A stretch of 59,638 nt of DNA from Candidatus Krumholzibacteriia bacterium (lineage in GTDB: Bacteria; Krumholzibacteriota; Krumholzibacteriia; LZORAL124-64-63). The translations under genes and the position numbers were made by a program. The notes beneath the pieces are model-generated. The model was not told where the DNA came from and searched no databases. It saw nothing but the letters and a program-made list of their open reading frames with translations. This document shows positions 37,949 to 48,800 of this stretch, piece after piece (position 1 is the first letter of the stretch; every line of letters starts with the position of its first letter). The stretch is taken from NCBI GenBank assembly GCA_046484865.1, contig JAWOID010000098.1:1-59638 (forward strand), given 5' to 3'.

Positions 37949-38106
37949 GGCGGCTTCCCTCCGGAAACGTGAGCGCCGCACGGCGCCGGCGGCGCGCGAA
38001 GACGGTTGTCGGCGGTGCGGTGGCGGCTTATCCTGCTCGGCGGCGGCGGCCCTGCCCACGCTAGCAAGGTGTATGGCGGCCGGCCAGCTCACGCCAAGGA
38101 GATGCG

Positions 38107-38805
38107 ATGGATCTGCCCTTCACCGGCGAGTACCTCGTTCCGGGCCGCTCGCCGCGCCATCTCGAGGAGGATCACCTGGCGCGGTACCGCTTCGCGCTCG
38201 ATCACGTCCGTGGGCGCCGGGTCCTGGACATCGCCTGCGGCACCGGCTACGGCGCGCACCTGCTGGCCACCGGCGACGCCGTCGAGGTGGTGGGGGTGGA
38301 CGTCGACGAACAGGTGGTGGCCTACGCGCGCGACCGGTACCGGAAGCCGAACCTGCGTTTCGCCACCGGCGACATCACCCGCTGGCGCGACGCCGAGCCG
38401 TTCGCCGTGATCACCTGCTTCGAGACCGTCGAGCACGTACCCGATCATCGCGCCGCCCTGGCGAACCTGCACGCGCTCCTGGCTGCCGGCGGGACGCTGC
38501 TGATCTCGTCGCCCAACCGTCCGGTCACCTCGCCGGCCGCGCGAACGCCGCACGATCCGCCGGCCAACCCGCATCACGTGCGGGAGTTCACGCCCGGGGA
38601 GTTGCGCCGCGAACTGGCGGCCGCGGGCTTCGGGGTCGACGATGTCACCTGGGGCCAGCGCCCGCAGATCCGGTTCGGGGTGACGATCCTGCGCAAGGCC
38701 TACAAGACCGTGTTCCGTCCCTGGGAGCGCGCCGATCCGGCGGTGAAGCCCGTCGGACGGCTCGTGCCGGAGTACTTCGTGTTGCTGGCGCGGCGGCCGG
38801 GCTGA
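38107..38805 (+). CDS. Class I SAM-dependent methyltransferase
   Basis: FTGE, HLARY, VLDIACGTGYG, FETVEHV, SSPN and H-VRE. Confidence 0.9.
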   Translation: MDLPFTGEYLVPGRSPRHLEEDHLARYRFALDHVRGRRVLDIACGTGYGAHLLATGDAVEVVGVDVDEQVVAYARDRYRKPNLRFATGDITRWRDAEPFAVITCFETVEHVPDHRAALANLHALLAAGGTLLISSPNRPVTSPAARTPHDPPANPHHVREFTPGELRRELAAAGFGVDDVTWGQRPQIRFGVTILRKAYKTVFRPWERADPAVKPVGRLVPEYFVLLARRPG

Positions 38806-38935
38806 GCGGCCGGATCTGCCGGCGGCGGCATGCCTCGCCGCGGCGCGCCCGTCGACCGGCTCCGACCGGCTCCGGCCGACTCTGGCCGGCTTCGGCCGGT
38901 GCGCCCGACCATCTCCTACCGGAGGACCTTCCGCC

Positions 38936-39430
38936 ATGAAGACCCGTCTCGCGCTCGTCCTGCTCGTTCTGGTGATCGTCGTCGCGGCGCCGGCCGTCCG
39001 GGCGCAAGGCTACTATATCCTCGAGAACACCCTGTATCTGGAGGCCGGCGGTCCCGGCGGCGAAGTGTCGCTGAACTTCGAGAAGCGCACGGCCGACCGC
39101 CTCGTCCTGCGCCTCGGCCTCGGCGGCACGTTCTTCTTCCACCCCACGGCCTACACGGTGCCGGCCACGCTCTCCGTGCTCCTCGGTGGCAGGAACAACC
39201 AGATCGAGATCGGTGCCGGAGCCAGCTACTTCGGTCTGCCGGGCGGATGGGAGGACGACGAGGACGACGTGTGGCTCGATCTGACCGAGAGCCAGCTCCT
39301 GGGCGTGGGGATCCTCGGATATCGCTTCCAGGGCGACTTCGGGATGTTCATGCGCGTGGCGTTCACGCCGGTATTCACGGATGACGGTGTGGAGCCGTGG
39401 GGCGGCGCGGCGTTCGGCAAGACCTTCTAG
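38936..39430 (+). CDS. Small outer-membrane beta-barrel-like exported protein
   Basis: Signal peptide ending VRA-Q, amphipathic strands, a C-terminal Phe and a GGAGG SD. Confidence 0.7.
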   Translation: MKTRLALVLLVLVIVVAAPAVRAQGYYILENTLYLEAGGPGGEVSLNFEKRTADRLVLRLGLGGTFFFHPTAYTVPATLSVLLGGRNNQIEIGAGASYFGLPGGWEDDEDDVWLDLTESQLLGVGILGYRFQGDFGMFMRVAFTPVFTDDGVEPWGGAAFGKTF

Positions 39431-39494
39431 CATAAGCGAGAGTTTCCCCCGGCTCTGCCGGGGAGGCACTCGGTCGCACCAGCGGGAGGCTCGC

Positions 39495-40643
39495 GTGAAC
39501 GATCCCGGAATGCCGGCGGACCGCCTCGACCCCGGTCGCCGCCGCGGCGGCGTGCTGCTGGTGGCGGTGCTGCTGATCGTCATCACGCTGCTGCACTACC
39601 AGACGGCGGTGCACCTGCACGAGGCCCACGGGGTCTACCGTCGCCTCTACTATTTTCCGGTGATCCTGGCGGCCTTCGCCGGCGGCTGGGCGGGCGGCGT
39701 CGGCGCCGCCGCGCTGGCCTGCGTCCTCTACTTCCCCCACGCGATGGGCTGGGTCGGCCACGATCCCGCGCCCGCGCTGGAGAAGACGCTCGAGATGGTC
39801 CTGTACCTGGCGGTCGGACTGGTGACGGGCTTGCTCGTCAGCCGCGAGACCCGGACGCGGCGCTCCTTGATGCATACCACCCGCGAGCTGCGCCGCGCGC
39901 TCGACGAGAAGGCCCGCATCGAGAGCGAACTGGTGCGGCAGGCGCGCCTGGCAGCGGTGGGGCGACTCTCGGCGGGGCTCGCTCACGAGATCCGCAACCC
40001 CCTGGCTTCCATCCGCGGCGCGGCCGAGGTGTTGCAGGACGAGCGGTCGGAGTCCGATCCCCGCGGACGTCTGCTGCGGATCGTCGTGAAGGAGACGGCC
40101 CGCCTGAACAACGTGCTCACCCGCTTCCTCGACTTCGCGCGTCCCCGCGCCGGCCGGCGCGACTCGTTCGACGTGAGCAGCACGCTGCGCGACGTGGCCG
40201 ATCTGATCCGCAACCAGGCCGACGACCGCGGAGTGACGGTGGAACTCGACGAGACGCCGGGACCGTGCCTGGTCACCGGCGATCCGGAGCAGGTCCAGCA
40301 GCTGGTGCTCAACGTCCTGCTCAACGCCGTCGAGGCCGCCGGCGCCGCGCCGCCCGGCCGGGTCCGCGCATCCGTGAGGACGGAGGGCGATCACGTGGTC
40401 ATGCGGATCGAGGACGATGGGCCGGGCTTCACCAGCGAAGCACGCGAGAATCTCGGCACGCCGTTCTTCACCACCAAGGCGGGCGGGACCGGCCTGGGGC
40501 TGGCCATCAGCCAGCGGATCGTCGAGGACCACGCCGGTCGTCTGTCGGCGACGGATCGGTCGGAGGGCGGGACCATCGTCTCGATCCGCCTGCCGCGGGC
40601 GTCCGCGGCGACCGCGTCCGGTCACCCCCGAGGAGACCCATGA
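39495..40643 (+). CDS. NtrB-type sensor histidine kinase with a His-rich intramembrane sensor
   Basis: TM region LLHYQTAVHLHEAHGVYRRLYYFP, AHEIRNPL, NAVEA, DDGPG and PFFTTKAGGTGLGL. Confidence 0.92.
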   Translation: MNDPGMPADRLDPGRRRGGVLLVAVLLIVITLLHYQTAVHLHEAHGVYRRLYYFPVILAAFAGGWAGGVGAAALACVLYFPHAMGWVGHDPAPALEKTLEMVLYLAVGLVTGLLVSRETRTRRSLMHTTRELRRALDEKARIESELVRQARLAAVGRLSAGLAHEIRNPLASIRGAAEVLQDERSESDPRGRLLRIVVKETARLNNVLTRFLDFARPRAGRRDSFDVSSTLRDVADLIRNQADDRGVTVELDETPGPCLVTGDPEQVQQLVLNVLLNAVEAAGAAPPGRVRASVRTEGDHVVMRIEDDGPGFTSEARENLGTPFFTTKAGGTGLGLAISQRIVEDHAGRLSATDRSEGGTIVSIRLPRASAATASGHPRGDP

Positions 40644-42061
40644 GTCGCATCCTGCTCATCGACGACGAGGAGAGCCTGCGGGAGGTGGTCGCCTTCATCC
40701 TCGCGGAGGCCGGTCACGAGGTGGTGACCGCCGGCGACGGGGACGAGGGGCTCACGCGCTTCGAGGCCGACCTGCCGGACCTGGTTATCACGGACATCCG
40801 GATGCCGGGCGCCGGCGGCATGGAGGTCCTGCGCCGGGTGCGGGCGTCGGGGCGGCAGCCGCCGGTACCGGTGATCATGCTGACGGCGCACGGGAGCGTG
40901 GAGCAGGCGGTGGAGGCCATGCGCATGGGCGCCTGGACCTACCTGCTCAAGCCGTTCGAGCGCGATGCCCTGCGCCTGACGGTGGCGCAGGCGCTGCACG
41001 CGCGGGAACTGGAGGCGGAGAACCGCAACCTGCGCGACCTGTTGCGACACCACCGGCAGGAGGAACTGCCGTTCCTTCACATCAGCGCCCCGATGGCCCA
41101 GGTGGCGGAGCAGGTGCGACGGGTGGCTCCGACCGACGCCTCCGTGCTCGTGTCCGGCGAGAGCGGGACGGGCAAGGAACTGGTCGCCCGGGCCCTGCAC
41201 GAGCTGAGCCCCCGCTGGGACGGCCCGTTCGTGACCGTGAACTGCGGCGCCATCCCGGGCGAGCTGATGGAGAGCCAGCTCTTCGGCCACGCGCGGGGGG
41301 CGTTCACCGGCGCCACCGCGGCCTCGCCCGGGCGCATCCGCGCCGCCGCGGGCGGCACGCTCTTCCTCGACGAGATCGGCGAGTTGCCCCTGTCGTTGCA
41401 GCCGAAGCTGCTGCGCGTGATCGAGACCCGCAGCGTCGATCCCGTGGGCGAGACGAGGCCGGTGAGCGTCGACTTCCGGCTGGTCTGCGCCACCAACCGG
41501 GAACTGCGTGCCGACGTGGCGTCCGGCCGGTTCCGCGAGGATCTCTACTGGCGCCTGGAGGTCGTGCAGCTGCGGGTGCCGCCCCTGCGGGAACGCCCCG
41601 GCGACATCCCCCTGCTCTGGGAGCAGTTCACGCGGGAGCATGCCCAGGGCGCCGACGTGCGCTCCGAACCCGAGCTGCTGGCGCGGCTGCGCGAGTTGCC
41701 GTGGCCCGGCAACGTGCGCGAGTTGCGCAACCTCAATCAGCGGATGGTGATCCTGCGCCGGGGAGACACCCTCGGCCCGGCGGATCTGGAGCAGGCCTTG
41801 TCGCCCGGCGAGACCGTCGCGCCCGCCGCGCGCGCCGGTGCGAACGGCGTCGGTGCGGACGGCGTCGGTGCGGCCTCCGCCGCGGGCGCCCTGCCGCTCG
41901 GGCCCTTTCCGCCGGGCGGCTTCTCCCTGGTGGAACTGGAGAAGGAGGTGATCCGCCGCGCTCTCGCGCGGTGCGATGGCAACAAGTCCCGGGCGGCGGA
42001 GTACCTCGGGATCCCGCGTCACATCCTCATCTATCGCGTCGAGAAGTACGGCCTCGGCTGA
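40640..42061 (+). CDS. Sigma54-dependent response regulator (NtrC family)
   Basis: Receiver domain, GESGTGKE, GAFTGA, FLDEIGE, FREDL, WPGNVREL and a Fis-type HTH. Confidence 0.95.
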   Translation: MSRILLIDDEESLREVVAFILAEAGHEVVTAGDGDEGLTRFEADLPDLVITDIRMPGAGGMEVLRRVRASGRQPPVPVIMLTAHGSVEQAVEAMRMGAWTYLLKPFERDALRLTVAQALHARELEAENRNLRDLLRHHRQEELPFLHISAPMAQVAEQVRRVAPTDASVLVSGESGTGKELVARALHELSPRWDGPFVTVNCGAIPGELMESQLFGHARGAFTGATAASPGRIRAAAGGTLFLDEIGELPLSLQPKLLRVIETRSVDPVGETRPVSVDFRLVCATNRELRADVASGRFREDLYWRLEVVQLRVPPLRERPGDIPLLWEQFTREHAQGADVRSEPELLARLRELPWPGNVRELRNLNQRMVILRRGDTLGPADLEQALSPGETVAPAARAGANGVGADGVGAASAAGALPLGPFPPGGFSLVELEKEVIRRALARCDGNKSRAAEYLGIPRHILIYRVEKYGLG

Positions 42062-42109
42062 CGCCACGGCTCACCTGACGTCCGCCCGGGCGTGACGCTG
42101 GGCGTCCAC

Positions 42110-42147
42110 GTCGAGAATTGTCTCGACCAGGAATGGAGAATAGTCTT
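42110..42147. promoter_or_regulatory. Putative enhancer (UAS) pair for the sigma54 activator
   Basis: Perfect inverted repeat GTCGAGA-ATTG-TCTCGAC (42110-27). A second related site, GAGAATAGTCTT (42136-47), lies 23 bp downstream. Confidence 0.55.
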
Positions 42148-42223
42148 CACCCACCTCGTTCCCGGTGTCCTGGCCCCATACGTAAAGCTCTGCTAAGTAT
42201 AAGCATACGATCGCCGGGACCGG

Positions 42224-42239
42224 TGGCCCGTTCCGTGCA
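42224..42239 (+). promoter_or_regulatory. Putative sigma54 -24/-12 promoter of the efflux operon
   Basis: TGGCCCGTTCCGTGCA gives GG-N10-GC spacing. It is preceded by an AT-rich patch at 42183-42207. Confidence 0.6.
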
Positions 42240-42254
42240 CAGGAAAGGCCGGCG

Positions 42255-43886
42255 ATGAACCGCGGAAACCGGCGCGGCGCCGGGAGGAGCGAGTCAACGA
42301 TGCACAGGAGCGGAGGAAACCCGGAGCGGGGTGCAGGGGCGGGGCGTCAATCCTCGGGCGTTGCCTCCGTCACCACCATGACCGTCACCGCCATGACCGG
42401 CATCGCCGTTGCCGTCCTCGCCATCACTGTCATCGTTCTGCTCGCCGGATCGGCCGCGGCGGAGGTCGCGGCGGCGGACGGGCCCGTGGCTGCGGTGGCG
42501 GAGCGCTTCGCGATCACGATTCACGAGGATCTGCAGCCGGTCGCCACCCTCGACGACTATCTCGGGTATGCGCTGCAGCACAACCAGGAACTGGCGGCGG
42601 AGCAGGCGCGGTGGCGCGCGAGCAGGCAACGCCGCGCCCAGGTGACCGCGCTGCCGGACCTGGAGTTGAGGTACACCGAGTATCTCGAATCCGTCGAGAC
42701 GCGCGTCGGCCCCCAGCAGCGCGGGGTGGGGCTCGCCCAGGGCATCCCGTGGCCCGGGTTGCTGTCCGCTCGCGGCCGTCAGGCCGACGCGAGGGCATCC
42801 GCAGCCGGCGCGCGCGTGACCGCCGCCGCCCTGACGGTGCTGCACGACGTCCGTGCCGCGTACTGGGAGCTGGCATACCTGGAGTCGACCATCGAGGTCA
42901 CCCGTGAGCACTTCCAGCTGCTGCGGCAGTGGGAACAGGTGGCGCGGAGCCGTTACGCCGCGGGCCGCGGCGACTACGCCGACGTGGTGCGGGCGCAGGT
43001 GGAGCTGGGCACCCTCGAGGATCGCCTGACCAGCCTCGAGGACCGTCGCCCGTCGTTGCGTGCGATCCTGAACGTCGCTCTCGGCCGATCCGTCGCCGCG
43101 CCGGTGGTCACGCCGTCCGACCTAGCCGCGATCGCGGCCCCGGGCGGTGCGGCGGACACCGCCGACGCCGGGCCCGAGCCGGAGGTGCCGTCGCAGTTGC
43201 CGGACGGGCTCGATCCGGTGCGCCTGCTCGCGGAGAACCCCGAGCTGGACGCCTTGCGCAGCGAGGAGGAGAGCTTCGGACACGCACGCACCGCGGCCGT
43301 CCGCGAGGGGTATCCGGACTTCGGCGTCGGCGTGGACTGGATCCAGACCGGCGCCGCCCGCATGGAGGGGGTGTCGGACAGCGGCAAGGATCCGGTGATG
43401 GCACGGGTGATGGTGAACCTGCCGCTCTGGCGCGGCAAGTACGACGCCCTGCGCGAGGAGGCGGACGCAGGTCGGGTGGCCGCCGCCGCCACCGTGCGCG
43501 ATCGGGAGCGGGCCCTGGCAGCGCGCCTGGCCGACGCGCTCTACGGCTACCGCGACGCCTGGCGACGCAGCCGTCTCTATGGCCCCACGCTGGTGCCCAA
43601 GGGACAGCAGTCGCTCGAGGCGGCGCGGGCCTCCTACGAGGCGGGCCGCGGCAGCTTCTTCGGCGTCGTCGACGCCGAGCGCGTGCTCCTGGAACTGGAA
43701 CTCTCGTATCGCCGCGCCCTGGCCGACCGGCTCGTGCGGCAAGCGGAGATCGAGATGCTCACCGGCCTGCCGCTGTCGGCGGCCCTGATGGCCGGAGTCA
43801 CACTGACCGACGCACCGGACACCGACGCACCGGACACCAACGCACCGGACGCGACGTCGCCGGCGCAGGAGGATAACGACCGATGA
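42255..43886 (+). CDS. cusC: TolC-family outer-membrane factor (CusC-like)
   Basis: Signal peptide, ALPD...Q-x-IPWPG and NLPLWRGK. First gene of the RND operon; true start may be 42300 or 42378. Confidence 0.85.
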   Translation: MNRGNRRGAGRSESTMHRSGGNPERGAGAGRQSSGVASVTTMTVTAMTGIAVAVLAITVIVLLAGSAAAEVAAADGPVAAVAERFAITIHEDLQPVATLDDYLGYALQHNQELAAEQARWRASRQRRAQVTALPDLELRYTEYLESVETRVGPQQRGVGLAQGIPWPGLLSARGRQADARASAAGARVTAAALTVLHDVRAAYWELAYLESTIEVTREHFQLLRQWEQVARSRYAAGRGDYADVVRAQVELGTLEDRLTSLEDRRPSLRAILNVALGRSVAAPVVTPSDLAAIAAPGGAADTADAGPEPEVPSQLPDGLDPVRLLAENPELDALRSEEESFGHARTAAVREGYPDFGVGVDWIQTGAARMEGVSDSGKDPVMARVMVNLPLWRGKYDALREEADAGRVAAAATVRDRERALAARLADALYGYRDAWRRSRLYGPTLVPKGQQSLEAARASYEAGRGSFFGVVDAERVLLELELSYRRALADRLVRQAEIEMLTGLPLSAALMAGVTLTDAPDTDAPDTNAPDATSPAQEDNDR

Positions 43887-45838
43887 CCCATCCGCGAGAC
43901 GACCAGCGTCCCACACGTTTCCAGGACCGGCTGCCCGCGCCCCTGCGCGGTCCGGCGGGCGTCGCCCTGCTGGTGGTCCTGGCCTTCGCCCTCGGTCTGG
44001 CTTTGCGCGGTGGCGGCTCCGGCGCGCCGGACACCGGGACGGCCACGACCGCCGCCGTGGAGGAGCCGACGCTCTGGACCTGCTCCATGCACCCCCAGAT
44101 CCTGTTGCCCGAGCCGGGCGACTGCCCCATCTGCGGCATGGACCTGATCCCCCTGGAGGAGGACACCGGCGACGCGTACGATCCGCGTACCTTGCGGCTG
44201 AGCAAGGCCGCCGCCGCCCTGGCCGAGGTGCAGGTCGTGCCGGTGCGGCGGCAGCATGCCACGGCCGAGCTGCGCCTGGTCGGCGAGGTGGCCTCCGACG
44301 AGCGGTTGCAACGCGTCATCGCCGCCTGGGTGCCGGGCCGGCTCGACACTCTCTTCGTGGACTTCACCGGAGTCGTCGTGCAGCGGGGAGCGAAGATGGT
44401 CTCCATCTACAGCCCCGAGCTGTATGCCGCCCAGACCGAGCTTCTGAGCGCGGTGCGAGCTCAGCGGACCCTCGACGACAGCGGTGCCGCCGGCGTGATG
44501 AGCGAGACCGGCGCCGCCACCGTGGAGGCCGCCCGCGAGCGCCTGCGGCTCTGGGGGCTCACGCGGGAGCAGATCGCGGCCGTGGAGGCGGGCGAGACGC
44601 CCGACCTCCACGTGGTGATCCGCGCGCCGGTGAGCGGCGTCGTCGTGGAGAAGCACGCCCGCGAGGGCGCCTACGTGCAGACCGGCGATCCGCTCTACAC
44701 CGTGGCCGATCTCGACCGTGTCTGGGTCGACATGGAGGCGTACGAGAGCGACCTCGTCTGGCTGCGCGAGGGGCAGCAGGCCGCGTTCACGGTGGAGGCT
44801 TTGCCCGGGCGCAGGTTCACCGGCGAGGTGGTGTTCATCGATCCGGTGCTCGACCGGCGAACCCGCACCGTGGGCGTGCGGCTGGAGGCGCCCAATCCGC
44901 AGGGATTGCTCAAGCCGGGCATGTTCGCCACCGCCAAGGTGGACGCCGACCTGCACGACGCCGCGCTGCCGGAGGGCGAGCCGGACTCGCAGCCGCCTCT
45001 GGTGATCCCTTCCTCGGCGCCGCTGCTCACCGGCGAGCGGGCGGTGGTCTACGTCCGTCTGCCGGGCGACGAACCGGTCTTCCAGGGGCGCGAGGTGGTG
45101 CTCGGCCCGCGTGCCGGCGACGAGTACGTGGTGGCCGAGGGCCTGACCGAGGGGGAACTGGTGGTGGTGAACGGCAACTTCAAGATCGACAGCGCCTTGC
45201 AGATCCAGGCGCGTCCCAGCATGATGAATCCGGCCGGCGGCGGGCCGGCGCCCGGACACCAGCACGGCGCCGACGGCGCGACCGGGACCGCCGACAGTGC
45301 GACCGGGGCCGCCGACGGGGCAAGCGATGCGGGAGTCCGGCCGGTCCACGAAGCGCCACCGGCGTTTCGGGATCAGCTCGGCCGCCTGCTCGACGCGTAT
45401 CTCGGGCTGCAGGCCGCGCTGGCCGACGACGATTTCCAGTCCGCCCGCGATGCGGCGCAGGAGACGGCGGCGGCACTGGAGAACGTCGACATGGGCCTCG
45501 TCCCGGGTCCGGCGCACGCGGCGTGGATGGAGCAGCAGCAGACCATGCAGGAGAGCCTCGCGACCATGGCCACGGCCGAGGAGATCGAGCAGCTGCGCCG
45601 GCCCCTGTTTCCGCTCTCCACCGAACTCTGGCACGCCCTGGCGACGTTCGGCTACCATCACGGCGACACCGCGCGATTCTTCCATTGCCCCATGGCGCGT
45701 GGCAACGCCGGCGCCGACTGGATCCAGCTCGCGACCACGGTGGACAACCCGTACTACGGCGCCTCCATGCTGCGGTGCGGCAGCGAGACGGCGACGCTGC
45801 CGCCGGCCGCCGCCCTCGCGGAGGAGACGCCCCAGTGA
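43883..45838 (+). CDS. cusB: CusB-like periplasmic adaptor with heavy-metal-binding domain and C-terminal DUF3347-like domain
   Basis: WTCSMHPQI...CPICGMDL, YSPEL, LKPGMF and HCPMA...NPYYGASMLRCG. Confidence 0.9.
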   Translation: MTHPRDDQRPTRFQDRLPAPLRGPAGVALLVVLAFALGLALRGGGSGAPDTGTATTAAVEEPTLWTCSMHPQILLPEPGDCPICGMDLIPLEEDTGDAYDPRTLRLSKAAAALAEVQVVPVRRQHATAELRLVGEVASDERLQRVIAAWVPGRLDTLFVDFTGVVVQRGAKMVSIYSPELYAAQTELLSAVRAQRTLDDSGAAGVMSETGAATVEAARERLRLWGLTREQIAAVEAGETPDLHVVIRAPVSGVVVEKHAREGAYVQTGDPLYTVADLDRVWVDMEAYESDLVWLREGQQAAFTVEALPGRRFTGEVVFIDPVLDRRTRTVGVRLEAPNPQGLLKPGMFATAKVDADLHDAALPEGEPDSQPPLVIPSSAPLLTGERAVVYVRLPGDEPVFQGREVVLGPRAGDEYVVAEGLTEGELVVVNGNFKIDSALQIQARPSMMNPAGGGPAPGHQHGADGATGTADSATGAADGASDAGVRPVHEAPPAFRDQLGRLLDAYLGLQAALADDDFQSARDAAQETAAALENVDMGLVPGPAHAAWMEQQQTMQESLATMATAEEIEQLRRPLFPLSTELWHALATFGYHHGDTARFFHCPMARGNAGADWIQLATTVDNPYYGASMLRCGSETATLPPAAALAEETPQ

Positions 45839-48800
45839 GCACTCATCCGCGTGAACCGTTCGGCGGCGGCCCACCGGGCGCCAGCCCCCCGGGTGACGGC
45901 CACCCGGGCGACCGCAGCGGCGGCGGTCCCTTGACCGCGCTCATCCGCTTCTGCCTCGACAACAAGCTGGTGATGGGCCTGCTCGTGCTCTTCGCCGTGG
46001 GCTACGGCGCGATGGTGGCGCCCTTCGACTGGGACCTCGGGGGGCTGCCTCGCGATCCGGTGCCGGTGGATGCCATCCCGGACCTGGGCGAGAACCAGCA
46101 GATCGTCTTCACCGAGTGGATGGGTCGCTCGCCCCAGGACGTCGAGGACCAGATCACCTATCCGCTGACCGTGTCGCTGCTGGGCCTGCCGGACGTGCGG
46201 ACCGTGCGCAGCTACTCCATGTTCGGCTTCTCCAGCATCTACGTGATCTTCGAGGAGAGGGCGGACTTCTACGACTCGCGCAGCCGCATCCTCGAGAAGC
46301 TGGCCAGCCTGCCCTCCGGCACGCTGCCGGAGGGCGTGCAGCCGTCTCTGGGGCCCGACGCCACCGGTCTGGGACAGGTCTTCTGGTACACCCTGGAGGG
46401 GCGAACCCCGGACGGCGAACCCGCCGGCGGCTGGGATCCGCAGGAGCTGCGGACCATCCAGGACTGGTACGTGCGCTACGCGCTGCTCGGCGCCGAAGGA
46501 GTGGCCGAGGTGGCGTCGGTGGGCGGATTCGTCCGCGAGTACCAGGTGGATGTGGACCCCGACGCCATGCGCGCCCAGGGCGTGACGCTCGGCGACGTGT
46601 TCCAGGCGGTGCGCGGTTCCAACGTGGACGTGGGCGCCCGCACCATCGAGGTCAACCGGGTGGAGTACTTCATCCGCGGACTGGGCTTCCTCGAGTCGGT
46701 GGACGACCTGCGCCGCACCGTGGTGAAGGTGGTGGACAGCGTCCCGGTGACCATCGACGACGTGGCGCACGTCGCCCTCGGCCCGGCGTTGCGCCGGGGC
46801 GCCCTCGACAAGGAGGGGGCCGAGGCGGTGGGCGGCGTCGTGGTGGTGCGCTACCGGGAGAACCCGCTGGCGGCCATCCGGAACGTCAAGCAGGTGATCG
46901 CGGAGATCACCCCGGGGCTGCCGGTGAAGACGCTGCCCGACGGCACCACGAGCAAGGTGACCATCGTCCCGTTCTACGATCGCAGCGGTCTCATCGACGA
47001 GACCCTCGGCACCCTGGACGAGGCGCTCAGCCTGGAGGTCCTGGTCACCGTCATCGTGATCATCGTGATGGTGGCCAACCTGCGCAGCAGCCTGCTGGTG
47101 AGCGGCCTGCTGCCGCTGGCCGTGCTGATGACCTTCATCGGCATGAAGCTCTTCCGGGTGGACGCCAACATCGTGGCGCTCTCGGGCATCGCCATCGCCA
47201 TCGGCACCATGGTGGACATGGGGATCGTGATGGTGGAGAACATCCTGCAGCAGCTGCGGACCCTGGCGGACCGCTCCCGCCGCGCGGTGATCCTGGCCGC
47301 GGCCAGCGAGGTGGGCGGCGCCGTGCTCACGGCGGTGCTCACCACCGTGGTGAGCTTCCTGCCGGTGTTCGCCATGACCGACGCCGAGGGAAAGCTCTTC
47401 CGTCCCCTGGCGTTCACCAAGACCTTCGCGCTGATCGCCGCCGTCATCGTGGCGCTGACGGTGATCCCCCCCTTCGCGCACATGCTGCTGACCCGCCGTG
47501 CCGAGGGGGCCGGCGCCCGTCGTCTGGGCGGGGGATTGCTGGTGGCGGCCGCCGCGCTGGCGTTCTGGAAGCTGTCGGTGCTCGTGGGCGCGGTGCTGCT
47601 GCTGTGGGGGGCGTACCTGCTCCTGCAGGAGCGCATGCCGGCGGCGGTGCAGCTCCGCGGTCAGGCGCTGACCGTGGCGCTGCCGGTGCTCGCGGTGGGG
47701 ATCCTGCTCACCCGGGCCTGGTTGCCCCTGGGGCCGGGGCGCGGCTTCCTGATCAACTTCGTCGTGGTGGCCCTGCTGCTCGCCGGCTTCCTGCTGGCTT
47801 TCACGATCTTCATGCGCGGCTACATCCCCATCCTCAGGTGGTGCCTGGACCACAAGACGACGTTCCTCGCGATGCCGGTGCTCCTCGTGCTCGTGGCGCT
47901 GATGATCTGGCAGGGATTCGCCGGCGTCTTCGGCTGGCTGCCGGGGATGGCCGACGACGAGGACGGCCGCTGGGGGGTGTGGGAGGGTGCCGTCGCGGCG
48001 TTCCCGGGTCTCGGCCAGGAATTCATGCCTTCCCTGGACGAGGGCAGCTTCCTGTTCATGCCCACGACCATGCCGCATGCCTCCATCGGCGAGGCCATGG
48101 ACGTGCTGTCCAAGCTCGACATGGCCATCAGTTCCATTCCCGAGGTGGAGAGCGCGGTGGGGAAGATCGGCCGGGCCGAGTCGGCGCTGGATCCGGCGCC
48201 CATCTCCATGATCGAGACCGTGGTGAACTATCACTCCGAGTTCCGACAGGACGCCGCCGGTCGCCTGCTGCGCTTCGCCTGGGACCAGGACCGGCAAGAC
48301 TTCGTCCGCGACGAGGAGGGTGAACCGGTGCCGGACGCCGACGGCCGGCCCTACCGCCAGTGGCGGCCGGAGATCCGCACTCCCGGGGACATCTGGGAGG
48401 AGATCGTCCGCGTCACGAGGCTGCCGGGCACCACCTCGGCGCCGCGACTGCAGCCGATCGAGACGCGGCTGGTGATGCTGCAGAGCGGCATGCGTGCTCC
48501 CATGGGGATGAAGATCCGCGGCCCCGACCTGGAGACGCTGGAGCGGGTCGCCCTGCGCATGGAGGAGGAACTGAAGCACGTGCCGGGGATCCGCCCGGAG
48601 ACCGTGGTCGCGGACCGCATCGTGGGCAAGCCGTACCTGGAGATCGACATCGACCGCGACGCCATCGCGCGTCACGGACTGTCCGTCCGGCAGGTGCAGG
48701 ACGTCATCGAGGTCGCCCTGGGCGGACGCATGGTCACCACCACGGTGGAGGGGCGCGAGCGCTACCCCGTCCGCGTGCGCTATCTGCGGGAGCGGCGCGA